Source: Candidatus Poribacteria bacterium (lineage in GTDB: Bacteria > Poribacteria > WGA-4E > PCPOR2b). Taken from it: a stretch of 64,000 nt of DNA. The stretch covers positions 2,272,001 to 2,336,000 of the forward strand of contig OZ242326.1 of NCBI GenBank assembly GCA_965208325.1. Reading direction: 5' to 3'. The notes below the pieces were generated by a model. It ran no database searches and was not told the origin of the DNA. It saw only the letters and a program-made list of their open reading frames with translations. The translations under genes were made by a program, and so were the position numbers. How positions within the stretch are numbered: position 1 is the stretch's first letter; every line of letters starts with the position of its first letter. Of the stretch, positions 19,599 through 29,113 are shown in pieces.

Positions 19599-20242
19599 TA
19601 AAATGTCGACTGAGCTGAATTGCTATTCTACCGAGTATAGTCGGGATGTAGGAAATAGGATAAGTTCAAGAGAAGGGTTGGTAGTCTTTGCCGATTAAGA
19701 TTTCCGATTCTGAATTATTTACAGCCGTTTTCTGTACCTGTTTTAGTAAACGAAATCCGCAGGGGTTGGTTTAGTTGGCTTTAAGCATTCCCATACAACC
19801 GCCTGACCTTTTATCTTGGCAACCATACACTTATGTTTAAACTCAAACGGAGCGGAATTATCGAATGTGCCGTTTTTGAGGCGGCGGTCTACTTCAAACT
19901 ATAGCCGGATATGAACAATACGCCGCCGCACAAGAACCCAAATGATTCTGGACGCCATTAATGCTTTACTAAAGAATGATAGCCGTGGCGGTTGGAACGG
20001 ACTCCCTAATTCTGTAAGATGAGAACGTGACAACTCTTTATTAGACCGCTACCATATTTGGAATCGGATGACCAACATATAATGTACCAGATAATATCGC
20101 CGATTTCAACTAAAAATGTTGGCAGACGCGTGAAGTATTAGCAATTCCACCGGTATTCGGTAGAATGACATCGCTCATGCGCACCGCCGCTCCGAATCAT
20201 CGGCTGGTGCATTAAAGATTGCAGGCGAAAACCTTGTGCCAG

Positions 20243-21325
20243 TTATCGTTCTCTTTGCCCCGCTACAAATTCGTCCAACTGCTGAACCGCGAGTGAATCG
20301 TCGTCTATCGTGACTGGCGGATGCTTGGTCAACCATGCGGATGCGGCATTGAGTACGCCCGATGTCCCGCGATCAAGCGCTAGTTTCATGTATCGGATCA
20401 TATCAACCATTACGCCGCCAAAGTTTGCGCTGTCTTCTACCTCCAATTTGGCTTCAAAGCGCAGCGGCGCATCTCCATAGTTGCTGGCATCAATATAGAA
20501 AAGCGCCGTTTTGCGGTCCCCCATAAAATCAACGTAGGAAAACCCTGTCGAGATTTCTGAGTCCGAAGATACTAGTGTTTCAAGAGCTTCTTGCTTGGTC
20601 TTGTGCTTCGACTGTCCCCGGTTGACGAGGTTGTAAAAATCGGTATTGCCAGCGTAGTTTACCTGATAGGTACGATTGACGTGGATACCTCTCGCGCGCA
20701 GCAGTTGAAGCAATGCACGGTGGATAGCTGTGCCGCCAAGCTGACTCTTCACATCGTCGCCTATTAACGGCACACCGTTTTCGGCAGCCGTCTTCTGGTA
20801 AGCCGGATCGCAGACTATGAGTTCTGGCATCCCATTGATAAATCCAATTTTAGCCTCTTTTATGGCGGCATCGGCGTAAAATCTCGCCGCTTGCGCCGAA
20901 GCGGTCGGCAGGAAGTTCAGCAACATCTCTGCCCCACTGTCCTTCAAGATTTGCGCGACATCCGCGGCCGGTTGGTCGGCAACTTCTACAAAGTCAGACA
21001 GCGCAGCACTGATACCATCCATCGGCGGTCCCATATGGACTTCCACACCACAGTTTGGGACATCTACACCGGGATAGTGATAGGCGATATTCGCGCCGGA
21101 AAAAATTGCTTGAGATAAGTCTTGTCCAACACGCCGGGCGTCAATATCAAAAGCCGCGACAGGCACAATGTCAGTGACCTTGTAGCCTCCAATATCAACA
21201 TTCATGAGTCCCGGCGCATCTGCGCCGAATTTTCGATAATATGCCATGCCCTGGATTAGGGCACTGGTGCAGTTGCCGACACCGACAATCGCTACGCGTA
21301 TCGGACTTTTCGTCTCCCATGCCAT
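20243..21325 (-). CDS. ino1: myo-inositol-1-phosphate (inositol-3-phosphate) synthase, short bacterial/archaeal type
   Basis: IVGVGNC, GDDVKSQLG, GNTDFYNL, LEVEDSANFGG, KHPP. Confidence 0.92.
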   Translation of the reverse strand: MAWETKSPIRVAIVGVGNCTSALIQGMAYYRKFGADAPGLMNVDIGGYKVTDIVPVAAFDIDARRVGQDLSQAIFSGANIAYHYPGVDVPNCGVEVHMGPPMDGISAALSDFVEVADQPAADVAQILKDSGAEMLLNFLPTASAQAARFYADAAIKEAKIGFINGMPELIVCDPAYQKTAAENGVPLIGDDVKSQLGGTAIHRALLQLLRARGIHVNRTYQVNYAGNTDFYNLVNRGQSKHKTKQEALETLVSSDSEISTGFSYVDFMGDRKTALFYIDASNYGDAPLRFEAKLEVEDSANFGGVMVDMIRYMKLALDRGTSGVLNAASAWLTKHPPVTIDDDSLAVQQLDEFVAGQRER

Positions 21326-21376
21326 GGTTTTCTCCTTTAGAATCTTAATAAACCCTCAACAAACAGAGTTCAGTTA

Positions 21377-22111
21377 TTATGCTCTACGAATCCATTGCAG
21401 TGCAGTTTCTAAAACTTTTTCATTGCTGTATTTAGAGACTATCCGTTGTAAGGTAAGCGGCGAAGCGTCCGCTAATTCACGAATCTCCCGAATCAGCAAC
21501 GGCAAAGCTCTGACCACGTTGTCCACGATGGTGGCGCTCGATCTGCTTGCCGTTCGAGACATTGGGTTGAGGTCTACTGAAATGACATCTTTACCCATTT
21601 TCCGCAGTGCTTCACAACGATCGCCGTCTTCAAGCGGCACAAATACGACATCCGCCCTAAAAATGCCGTCTGCGTGGACGTACTTTCGGTTTGAATCGAT
21701 AAACGAAAGCCGGATATCGGGAGAAGGTATCAACACCTGAACGGCGCCGCGATTCAACAAATATTCTTGTATCGTCTCTTCCCGCCCTTTTGAAGTGTGA
21801 AAGAGGTTCACTTCCAAAGGCGCCTTTAGCAACTTGCCTAATGCTATCAATTCATCAGGGACAAGCGCCGCAGCATTCCCATTTACGGAAACTACAGGGT
21901 ACTCGGCCAGCAATAGCATGGCAGCGCTTGTATGAATAGCCTGTGCGGCGAATTGCTGTGTTGCTTCTCCGATGAGATAGTCGAACGCCTCCCCGCGGCC
22001 GTGCGCAATCAGACCGTGGACGGAGGTAATGCCCCTCTCCACGCCGGCGGTAATATCATCTCGTAATTTCAGCGATTGATACCGTGGATGGCTTTCAGGA
22101 ACATCGCTCAT
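21377..22111 (-). CDS. Archaeal-type 4-phosphopantoate--beta-alanine ligase (phosphopantothenate synthetase, PPS)
   Basis: HPRYQSL, GLIAHGRGEAFDYLIGE, SVNGNAAAL, VPLEDGDRCEAL and DLNPMSRT motifs of the COG1701 family. Confidence 0.92.
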   Translation of the reverse strand: MSDVPESHPRYQSLKLRDDITAGVERGITSVHGLIAHGRGEAFDYLIGEATQQFAAQAIHTSAAMLLLAEYPVVSVNGNAAALVPDELIALGKLLKAPLEVNLFHTSKGREETIQEYLLNRGAVQVLIPSPDIRLSFIDSNRKYVHADGIFRADVVFVPLEDGDRCEALRKMGKDVISVDLNPMSRTASRSSATIVDNVVRALPLLIREIRELADASPLTLQRIVSKYSNEKVLETALQWIRRA

Positions 22112-22941
22112 AACAACCTCGCCCGTTCCATAGAGATCGCCGTCTCTTTCGCACCTTCAAATGGTTGTGTGCTGAATACGGCGTTTCCCAGCATAATCAT
22201 CGACGCAAACCCGTTCTCGCTTTCAATCTGATTGATAACACACCGGACATTTTTATCCCTTAACAGTCCGCTTTCGATAGCGAATGCCTTGGAAAATCTG
22301 ATGCAAGTATTGAAGTCTACCGCTTCAGAATTAACGAGCGCTCCTAGATAATTCAACGCTTTATCAGCCGATTTGTTGATGCTGTCCGTTTGCTTGGAAT
22401 CTGTGAGGACGTCTCTGGTCTGAATGGGACCGAAATACTTATAGTAAATGGGTTGTTTTCGAACAGGCAGCCGTTCTGCCGAAAGCGGATGGCCTGCCTT
22501 TAATTTGACGAGGCAGCCGCCGTGATATTGCGCGCAGACATCGCCCAAACCGGTCAGATTTTCCACCTCTGCCACGTGAGCTATCATCGCAAGGCGCCTC
22601 GAAGATTTGCCTAAGCTCAGCAAAGCATTAACTGCATACGCCACGGCTAACGCAGAAGCACCGCTCAATCCAAAACCGCACCCTAACGGCTGCGGCGAGG
22701 TGATATCGATGAGCATTGATTCGGGCGTTAATTTTTGAAGGGTTGACACCACTGTGGGGAAATGTATCTCGACGCCATTAAACAGAATACTCGTCTGGCT
22801 ATGTGGCGATACCGTCACCACGACACCCTCATTAATGGTAAACCCCATCCCCAGCGAGTGCATTTTGGCCGCGTCCTCATGCGGTACAACCCTGAAAACA
22901 CATGAGATGTTGCTGGGTGCGAACGCGCTGACCTGTTCCAT
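22108..22941 (-). CDS. Archaeal-type pantoate kinase (PoK, GHMP kinase family)
   Basis: AFAPSNISCVF, PLGCGFGLSGASAL, AHVAEV..TGLGDV, SMIMLGNAVF. 4-bp ATGA overlap with PPS. Confidence 0.88.
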   Translation of the reverse strand: MEQVSAFAPSNISCVFRVVPHEDAAKMHSLGMGFTINEGVVVTVSPHSQTSILFNGVEIHFPTVVSTLQKLTPESMLIDITSPQPLGCGFGLSGASALAVAYAVNALLSLGKSSRRLAMIAHVAEVENLTGLGDVCAQYHGGCLVKLKAGHPLSAERLPVRKQPIYYKYFGPIQTRDVLTDSKQTDSINKSADKALNYLGALVNSEAVDFNTCIRFSKAFAIESGLLRDKNVRCVINQIESENGFASMIMLGNAVFSTQPFEGAKETAISMERARLL

Positions 22942-23269
22942 TCTCTTTATTGGCGTTTATTTGACTTTGGCGGGATAGCTTGGCGGCGGACGGAATGGGC
23001 ATTAACGTTCCAACCAATAGACCATTCGCTTCATGCCGCAAGTTGCGATGCCTAATGTTTATTGTATGTTCCAGAGACGAATTATACAAGAGGGTACTAA
23101 CTCGGTCAAGCAAAAAACTGTCGCACAAGGAGAGCAACTCCCGGATCAAGTAAGCGCTTCAAAGGGCGTTGACTACCGGTCAAACTCGTAAACTAGAGCG
23201 GATTTCGCTAACGGAGGTTTTGAAACATCTCCAAAATGGCTTTTCCTAAATAAACCATCCATTTGCAAC

Positions 23270-25216
23270 CTAAAACATAAAGCGGTACATCGGGCGTCCT
23301 AGGATGACGCCGGCTAAACTCCAGAGCGCTCCGACAAAGAATTCACCCAGTACCAACCCGGTAAAAAACGGCACGCCTTTACGATAAGCGTGAATTCCGC
23401 CAATACGGACTAAAATCAGCTTCATCAACCAACTCAGAAGGATTGAAACCCAATACCAATTCATGGTTTGGTAGCCAATCCCGATTGCGTAACCGGCGGG
23501 ATGCAAGGGCCACCAGATAAACCACCGGTGCAATCCGGTGAGCAGTCCGGTAAAAGCGAACGCTCCAATAGATGCCGCAATCTCTAGGGGCGCCGCATCT
23601 TGAGGGGTTGTCAACCATACGCGTAACTGACCCAGAAATGCCCCTCGAATCCAATGCTCGCCGTAAATCGCGGCGCCATAACGGTACCCCTGTGCATAGT
23701 ATGCCCAAGCTGATGAGATGGTACCGACCACAGCTACTAGCATGATTGCTGGAACTAACCTGCTCGGAGCGACGCTGCGCAATTCAGCCGCTTTGAATCC
23801 TTCGAGCATGACCGGCATCGGGTGGCAGCGGTATGATCGGTTGAAGCCGCGAAAAAACGTGAATAGTGTCAAGCTTTTTCCGCCGAATCTACGTGTTCCC
23901 AAAACGGAGACTAGCGCACCGCCGGGATGCCAAAGGACATCATGCGTGGGCGGACCAAGTTCAGCGCGGACACGAGTAATCGCAATTGCAAGCGCAAAAA
24001 ATAGACCAAAATATGCAAGGGCATGGATAGGCGAAACCCCAGCACTAAAACAGAATAACAAGACAAACAGTACGCCTAAGGTTAAGCCAATCGCCGCCTG
24101 CCTTACGATACGGACATGCTCAATTTCTTCGCCGCGGCGCCGAAATGCCGCCTTTATTTGCTCATAAAGAAATTTTCGGCTTACCCATACAGCAAAAATG
24201 CCGAGAGCGAACCATGCACCGAACAACTGCTCATGCGCAAAGGGAAAGCCCGGAAGGTGTCCGAGCCCTAGCATGGTTCCCCATACCAAAACTATCTTTC
24301 GAAACAGATAGAAAAACCAGATGGAGAACGACAGATTGAGCGGAATGAAAAAACTCAAGCCAACCACGAAAGGATAGACCGCCAGCGGCGTATAGCCAAT
24401 AGCGTTTAAGGGTTTTTCTGTAAAGAGTTGACCCAAGTCAAATCCTACTTTAGAAGGATTGTGGCCAATCCCCCCGACGCTGGGTACAACCGGAAACAAA
24501 AAATGGAGGCCGTTGATTAGGTTCATACTGCCCGCCAAGGTGAACCCTATCCAGAACAACCTGTTTCTGAACAACGCGGACCCGTTCCGTTCGGTAAGCT
24601 GCATCGGAATCCGGATGATGGGATACGTCAGTTTTTCCCGATAGACCCATTGCCGCTGCACAAGCACCGTCAAACAGAGCATCATCCACGTCAAAACGAC
24701 AATTAAAGCAGACCACCAGAACACGGGTCTAATCCAAAGCCATAGATGGCTCCAAATGTGCAGCGTTGATTCCCCTTGATAAAAAGGGACGAGTGCATCC
24801 CGATTTTTTACCGTCAGCCAATCAGGAATATGATGGTGGAATAACTCCGCCCACTCGTTTTCTGGCGTTGCAAACCAGATTGAATGGGGTATGAGAGGCC
24901 AGAGCAACTGGAGCATATCGTGCCCGGCGATAGAAGATGCTACCGCAAGAAGCAGATAGACAACGGTCAACTCGCCATCACTAAACTGCGCGCGGGGGGC
25001 AGCGAAACGAATTAGATAGTTCCACCCAATCAATAGCAGAAGGATGAAAACGGCGTTAAAATACAACGAAACAACGGTGGGAAAACTTTGGCCGCTGTCA
25101 TAGCCGCCTGTTCCCCAGCTAATCATCAACCAGTAGGAGTTGGGGACGGTAAGTATGAGCGCAATCAGCACCGCGCGGAAGGTAACACTTCTCGTTGATG
25201 AAGGAGATGCCATCAT
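23270..25216 (-). CDS. Multi-pass membrane protein, DUF6785/DUF6784-like (putative peptide-transporter-like)
   Basis: Many TM helices; QWVYREKLTYPI, RVRAELGPP, WWPLHPAGY, PFFTGLVLGE motifs. Confidence 0.65.
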   Translation of the reverse strand: MMASPSSTRSVTFRAVLIALILTVPNSYWLMISWGTGGYDSGQSFPTVVSLYFNAVFILLLLIGWNYLIRFAAPRAQFSDGELTVVYLLLAVASSIAGHDMLQLLWPLIPHSIWFATPENEWAELFHHHIPDWLTVKNRDALVPFYQGESTLHIWSHLWLWIRPVFWWSALIVVLTWMMLCLTVLVQRQWVYREKLTYPIIRIPMQLTERNGSALFRNRLFWIGFTLAGSMNLINGLHFLFPVVPSVGGIGHNPSKVGFDLGQLFTEKPLNAIGYTPLAVYPFVVGLSFFIPLNLSFSIWFFYLFRKIVLVWGTMLGLGHLPGFPFAHEQLFGAWFALGIFAVWVSRKFLYEQIKAAFRRRGEEIEHVRIVRQAAIGLTLGVLFVLLFCFSAGVSPIHALAYFGLFFALAIAITRVRAELGPPTHDVLWHPGGALVSVLGTRRFGGKSLTLFTFFRGFNRSYRCHPMPVMLEGFKAAELRSVAPSRLVPAIMLVAVVGTISSAWAYYAQGYRYGAAIYGEHWIRGAFLGQLRVWLTTPQDAAPLEIAASIGAFAFTGLLTGLHRWFIWWPLHPAGYAIGIGYQTMNWYWVSILLSWLMKLILVRIGGIHAYRKGVPFFTGLVLGEFFVGALWSLAGVILGRPMYRFMF

Positions 25217-25360
25217 TCGAATATGCTAACAATTCTTAGCGTCGGTGGGGAGTATAAAGCGGTGGATTCAAGTTGGCTGCCGCATGCCGAAGAAGATTGA
25301 AACCGTCGATAAATCCGGATTAGTTGGAGTATATTTTTTTCTACGGTCGCCCGGCTTCAA

Positions 25361-25900
25361 TTATGGCTGTGAATCGGCGCGCCCAAACTCAAGCTTGGCA
25401 TAGCGAAGGAAAATTCCGCCGCCCGGGAAAGCGATTGGACCGTTAACTGCGAGACAAGCAATGATGTGCCGTTCGCCTGGCAAAGCATTCTCGCAGACGC
25501 TCACGCGTTGTGGTGCGTTGTGGCCCGATATCGCGCCGCGCCCCGTATTGCCAATCGCAATGTCGCACTCGCCGTTAATCCAGATTTCGCCGTAATCGTC
25601 TACACAGGTTGTAAACCACACCTGGGTACCGCGAATGTCCGCATTGCCGACCCGTTCAGGCAGTGTTACTCCGATGCGGTACCAACCGAAGCAAAAACCC
25701 TCTGAAACGGATTCTTGTATGTTCTCGCATACCGTCCAGCCGGTATCGTCATAGTCCGCCAGCCGCGCTGGGGATTGTTTGAGTTGGTCCGCTAGACCGC
25801 CGTTAGGCTCTCCCGGAACCAACCCGCCGGCGTATCGCCACTGCCCTTTGACCAATTGCAGGTGGTCGGGGTTTTCCAAATCCAACGTTGCGACAATCAT
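25361..25900 (-). CDS. Hypothetical protein with galactose-binding-like beta-sandwich (GH2 sugar-binding-like)
   Basis: DYDDTGW, GWYRIGVTLP, VDDYGEIWING; GGAGG RBS. Confidence 0.6.
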   Translation of the reverse strand: MIVATLDLENPDHLQLVKGQWRYAGGLVPGEPNGGLADQLKQSPARLADYDDTGWTVCENIQESVSEGFCFGWYRIGVTLPERVGNADIRGTQVWFTTCVDDYGEIWINGECDIAIGNTGRGAISGHNAPQRVSVCENALPGERHIIACLAVNGPIAFPGGGIFLRYAKLEFGRADSQP

Positions 25901-26414
25901 AGCAGCCTCCTAGATTCTTTTCGTGATCCTTGGGATCGTTCACGTTCCGGTTGTCTTGTATACCAACCTTGGAGTAGAATCAACCTAGAGAAAACGGCTT
26001 GACAAATTCATTTGAATGCGGTAGGAATCGGGAAGAAAAACATCTGGCGCGGATTTCAGGAAGGACGAGGAGAAATGGTCTTCGTATCTACAATCTTCAA
26101 CCTCAACGAGTGCGCGGTTCTGAGCATAACAATGCAAGTGGAGAACTCAACGTACTTTGCGGCTTGACCGTAGATAGGATTGCTTACTGCAACACTAGCA
26201 CGATTAGTAGTATGCGCTTCTTGAGAGGGAAGGAAAAACGCGGCAAATAGATAAACGGATCTGCTCTTGCCTTAAAGGCGGGCATTCACGAAAGGATTGC
26301 CCGCCACACATGAATTACAGTCCGTCACCCAAAACTAGGTTTAATCAGCATCTAGTTGCGGCATCGTTTAAAATTCAGTCGCATCCGCAATTTACATTTT
26401 GCACAGCGCAGGCA

Positions 26415-27170
26415 TTAAGGTACGTGTTTTATCGCACCCCATGTCGTGGTGATTGAATTGCGGGGTTTTACGGATTGTTCTCCCGGCACTAATTCAAACA
26501 ACTCCAATACTTCATCTTCGTCAAATCCGCGGTTGTAAATTCGAAGTTCATCCATTGCGCCGACATACGAATTCAAGCTCATGAACCCAATTTGGATATC
26601 TGATTCAAAGGGGTCAATTTTGAAAATCCCTTGAACCTGACCTTGTCGGACACCATCGGTGTAGTAAGTTCCTGTCTCTTCAATTACAGTGCACACGATG
26701 AGGTGCCACTCGTTCACGCCCATCACATTTCCCACACCAGTGCCTCTCCAGGCGTTCGCGACCCGGATTTCCATCCTGCCGCCGCCATGAAGCAGGTCAA
26801 CGTTGTATTGTTGGTGTTTGTAAATCGCTCGGTTTTCGCCGGCTAGGTCGAATTTTTCCGGATACGCCCAAAAGGCAACGGTAAATTCTTTATCCTTGAC
26901 CATTAAAGAATCCGATCTCGGAATTATGGCGCCCTGCTGATTGGTTTTAAAACGTATTGCCTTGCCAAACTTGCCATCGTCTGTCCGCTCGGCAGTCTGG
27001 AGTCTCCCGTGGTTGTCGTTACCGCTAGAGTCTTTGAGACCATCGTCATTCCCCTCGAACTGATAATAACCTACGAGTCCGTCTTCCAGTGCGGCTGGAA
27101 CAGGCGATACCCAACTTCCTAACAGCAAAACAACCGCCGCCGCAACATAGAACAGGAATTGGAATTTCAT
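26415..27170 (-). CDS. Secreted LamG-like jellyroll protein with C-terminal TTWGAIK tail
   Basis: Signal peptide, GLVGYYQFE, DSSGNDNHG, WHLIVCT, GAMDELRIYNR; tail SVKPRNSITTTWGAIK. Confidence 0.85.
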   Translation of the reverse strand: MKFQFLFYVAAAVVLLLGSWVSPVPAALEDGLVGYYQFEGNDDGLKDSSGNDNHGRLQTAERTDDGKFGKAIRFKTNQQGAIIPRSDSLMVKDKEFTVAFWAYPEKFDLAGENRAIYKHQQYNVDLLHGGGRMEIRVANAWRGTGVGNVMGVNEWHLIVCTVIEETGTYYTDGVRQGQVQGIFKIDPFESDIQIGFMSLNSYVGAMDELRIYNRGFDEDEVLELFELVPGEQSVKPRNSITTTWGAIKHVP

Positions 27171-27235
27171 TTTATCTCCTCCACAATCTGAATTATAAAC
27201 TAATCAATAGCATCATCCACACAAATGCGTAAGCG

Positions 27236-27287
27236 TCCAATAGATCGAGAATCAGCAAATAATCCTACCTTCTCTCGATCTATTGGA
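27236..27287. repeat. 15-bp perfect inverted repeat between the LamG paralogues
   Basis: TCCAATAGATCGAGA (27236-27250) and TCTCGATCTATTGGA (27273-27287). Confidence 0.85.
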
Positions 27288-27306
27288 TGGTGAGGATGGG
27301 AGCCCA

Positions 27307-28074
27307 TTACGGGGCGTGTTTGATTGTTGCCCATGTGGTCACTAGCGACCCTTCGGGCGATACAGCTTCCCCGTCGCTGCCTAAAAACAGCGTCGATACT
27401 TCGTCTGCACTGAGCGCACGATTATAGACACGCAAATTGTCCATGCAACCCACGAACGAATTCAATCCGATATTCCCAAGCCAAAGGTCGGATTCGTTTT
27501 GTTCGATTGGTCCAGGGATTCCGTCGTTGCCGCCGACGACTTCGCCGTCAATGTAGTGAGTCGATACTTGTCCGTCCAACGTCGCCGTAACAAGATGCCA
27601 CTCGTTCAAACTCAACGGCTCTGCGGGAGCTGTACCGTGCCAACTGCCTTCTGCTCGGATTTCAAGGCGGCCGCCTCCCCTAAGCAGATCGAAGTTGTAT
27701 TGTTGGTGTTTGTAAACCAGTCGGTTCTCACCTTCGGGGTCAAAGTCTTCCAGATTGACCCAGACTGCAACCGTGAACGCGTTTGTAACCAGAAGACCGG
27801 CGCCAGAAATTGTCGCCTTTCGGTCGGGGTCGGCAAAGCGCAAGCATTTGCCGCCCTGATAGCCGTCATCTGACCGCTCGGCGGTTTGAAGCGTCCCGTC
27901 ATTTCCATTTCCGGTGATATCCATCAGGACATCCCCATCGCCCTCAAAGTCGAAGTGTGCGAGGAGCCCCGCTTCAAGGTCGGCGGATACCGGCGAAACC
28001 ATCCCCCACGCCAATACAGTAAGGGCAGAAATCAAACTCAACACCATGTGACGTTGCATAAATTTTACCTCCAA
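27307..28074 (-). CDS. Secreted LamG-like jellyroll protein with C-terminal TTWATIK tail (paralogue of 26415..27170; start may be ATG 28059)
   Basis: Same motifs as its neighbour and a shared ENRxxYKHQQYNxDLLxGGGRxEIR segment; tail AVSPEGSLVTTWATIK. Confidence 0.85.
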   Translation of the reverse strand: MEVKFMQRHMVLSLISALTVLAWGMVSPVSADLEAGLLAHFDFEGDGDVLMDITGNGNDGTLQTAERSDDGYQGGKCLRFADPDRKATISGAGLLVTNAFTVAVWVNLEDFDPEGENRLVYKHQQYNFDLLRGGGRLEIRAEGSWHGTAPAEPLSLNEWHLVTATLDGQVSTHYIDGEVVGGNDGIPGPIEQNESDLWLGNIGLNSFVGCMDNLRVYNRALSADEVSTLFLGSDGEAVSPEGSLVTTWATIKHAP

Positions 28075-28169
28075 ATGGGTTATTATTCGCTATGTGCTTC
28101 AAGATACGTGAAATTAAAATTATAGCATGATTTATTGGATACTCGCCACAAAAAAACTCTCGCCATATT

Positions 28170-29048
28170 TCACAGCTTCGTGGCGGCAATACCCACCCAA
28201 CTATCTTGCTCCTGAATCTCAATACATTGAAAACCGTTCGCTGCCAACTGCATTTCAATCTCAACCGCTTCCTTCCCCAAAATTCCTGACAATACAACTT
28301 TCCCTTCACTTTTGAGATATTGCGGACAGCGAGGAATCATGGGTAGAATTTCCTCCGAAAGCGTGTTGGATATGATGAGGTGATATGTACCGCACAGCGC
28401 ATTCAGCCCGTCGCCCTGCTTCAGATGGACGATGGGCTCGACGCCATTTTGTAGAATATTTTCCGACGCAATCGGCATCACTGCCTCATCTATATCTGTG
28501 GCATCGACCCGCGCGGCGCCGAGCTTGGCTGCCGCAATCGATAAGATGCCGGTTCCGGTGCCAACGTCGGCGGCAATGTCACCCTTCCTGATAATCTTTT
28601 CCAACAATTCCATTGATACTTGGGTCGTGGGGTGATGCCCAGTCCCAAACGCCATCCCCGGATCTAATCGGATTAGGATTTCCGAATCATCGGGCATAAA
28701 CTCATGCCATGTTGGGGCGATAACGATGCGTTTTCCGATGCGGTGAGGGTGGAAGCCGGATCGCCATTTCGCAGCCCAATCTTCTTCTTCAACCTCGCTC
28801 AACCAAACTTCCGCCGGATGAGGATTCATCCCGATTTCGGGTAGCTGCGCTAGAAATTTTTGTACCGCCTGAACACGATCACTAACAACATCGTCCGCGC
28901 GAAAGTAGGAAATTAGCTTCACCGCGGGTTGAGGCGAGGTCGAATCTTCTTTAACCTCAATGCCGTTCGCATTCAACTCAAACAAGTAATTCGAGACAGC
29001 GTCAACTGCTTCATGAGAGGTTACCACGGTGAGCTGCGTCCATCTCAT
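28170..29048 (-). CDS. prmA: Ribosomal protein L11 methyltransferase
   Basis: EEEDWAAKW, LDPGMAFGTGHHPTT, DVGTGTGILSIAA, LSGIL. Start set at MRWTQL (29048). Confidence 0.92.
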   Translation of the reverse strand: MRWTQLTVVTSHEAVDAVSNYLFELNANGIEVKEDSTSPQPAVKLISYFRADDVVSDRVQAVQKFLAQLPEIGMNPHPAEVWLSEVEEEDWAAKWRSGFHPHRIGKRIVIAPTWHEFMPDDSEILIRLDPGMAFGTGHHPTTQVSMELLEKIIRKGDIAADVGTGTGILSIAAAKLGAARVDATDIDEAVMPIASENILQNGVEPIVHLKQGDGLNALCGTYHLIISNTLSEEILPMIPRCPQYLKSEGKVVLSGILGKEAVEIEMQLAANGFQCIEIQEQDSWVGIAATKL

Positions 29049-29113
29049 AATACTAACTTCATCATAGTTTGAGTCCGGCGAACTTTTTTCTGCGCTGCCG
29101 ATAGACGAACGCA

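Noticed and set aside
19599..20242. Cobalamin or other riboswitch in the 640-bp gap upstream of tonB
   Set aside because: I could not find B12-box or other recognisable riboswitch motifs by eye. An Rfam scan would be needed.
25999..26410. tmRNA, suggested by a reading frame ending in YFAA*
   Set aside because: No tRNA-like GGGG 5' end, T-arm or CCA 3' end nearby.
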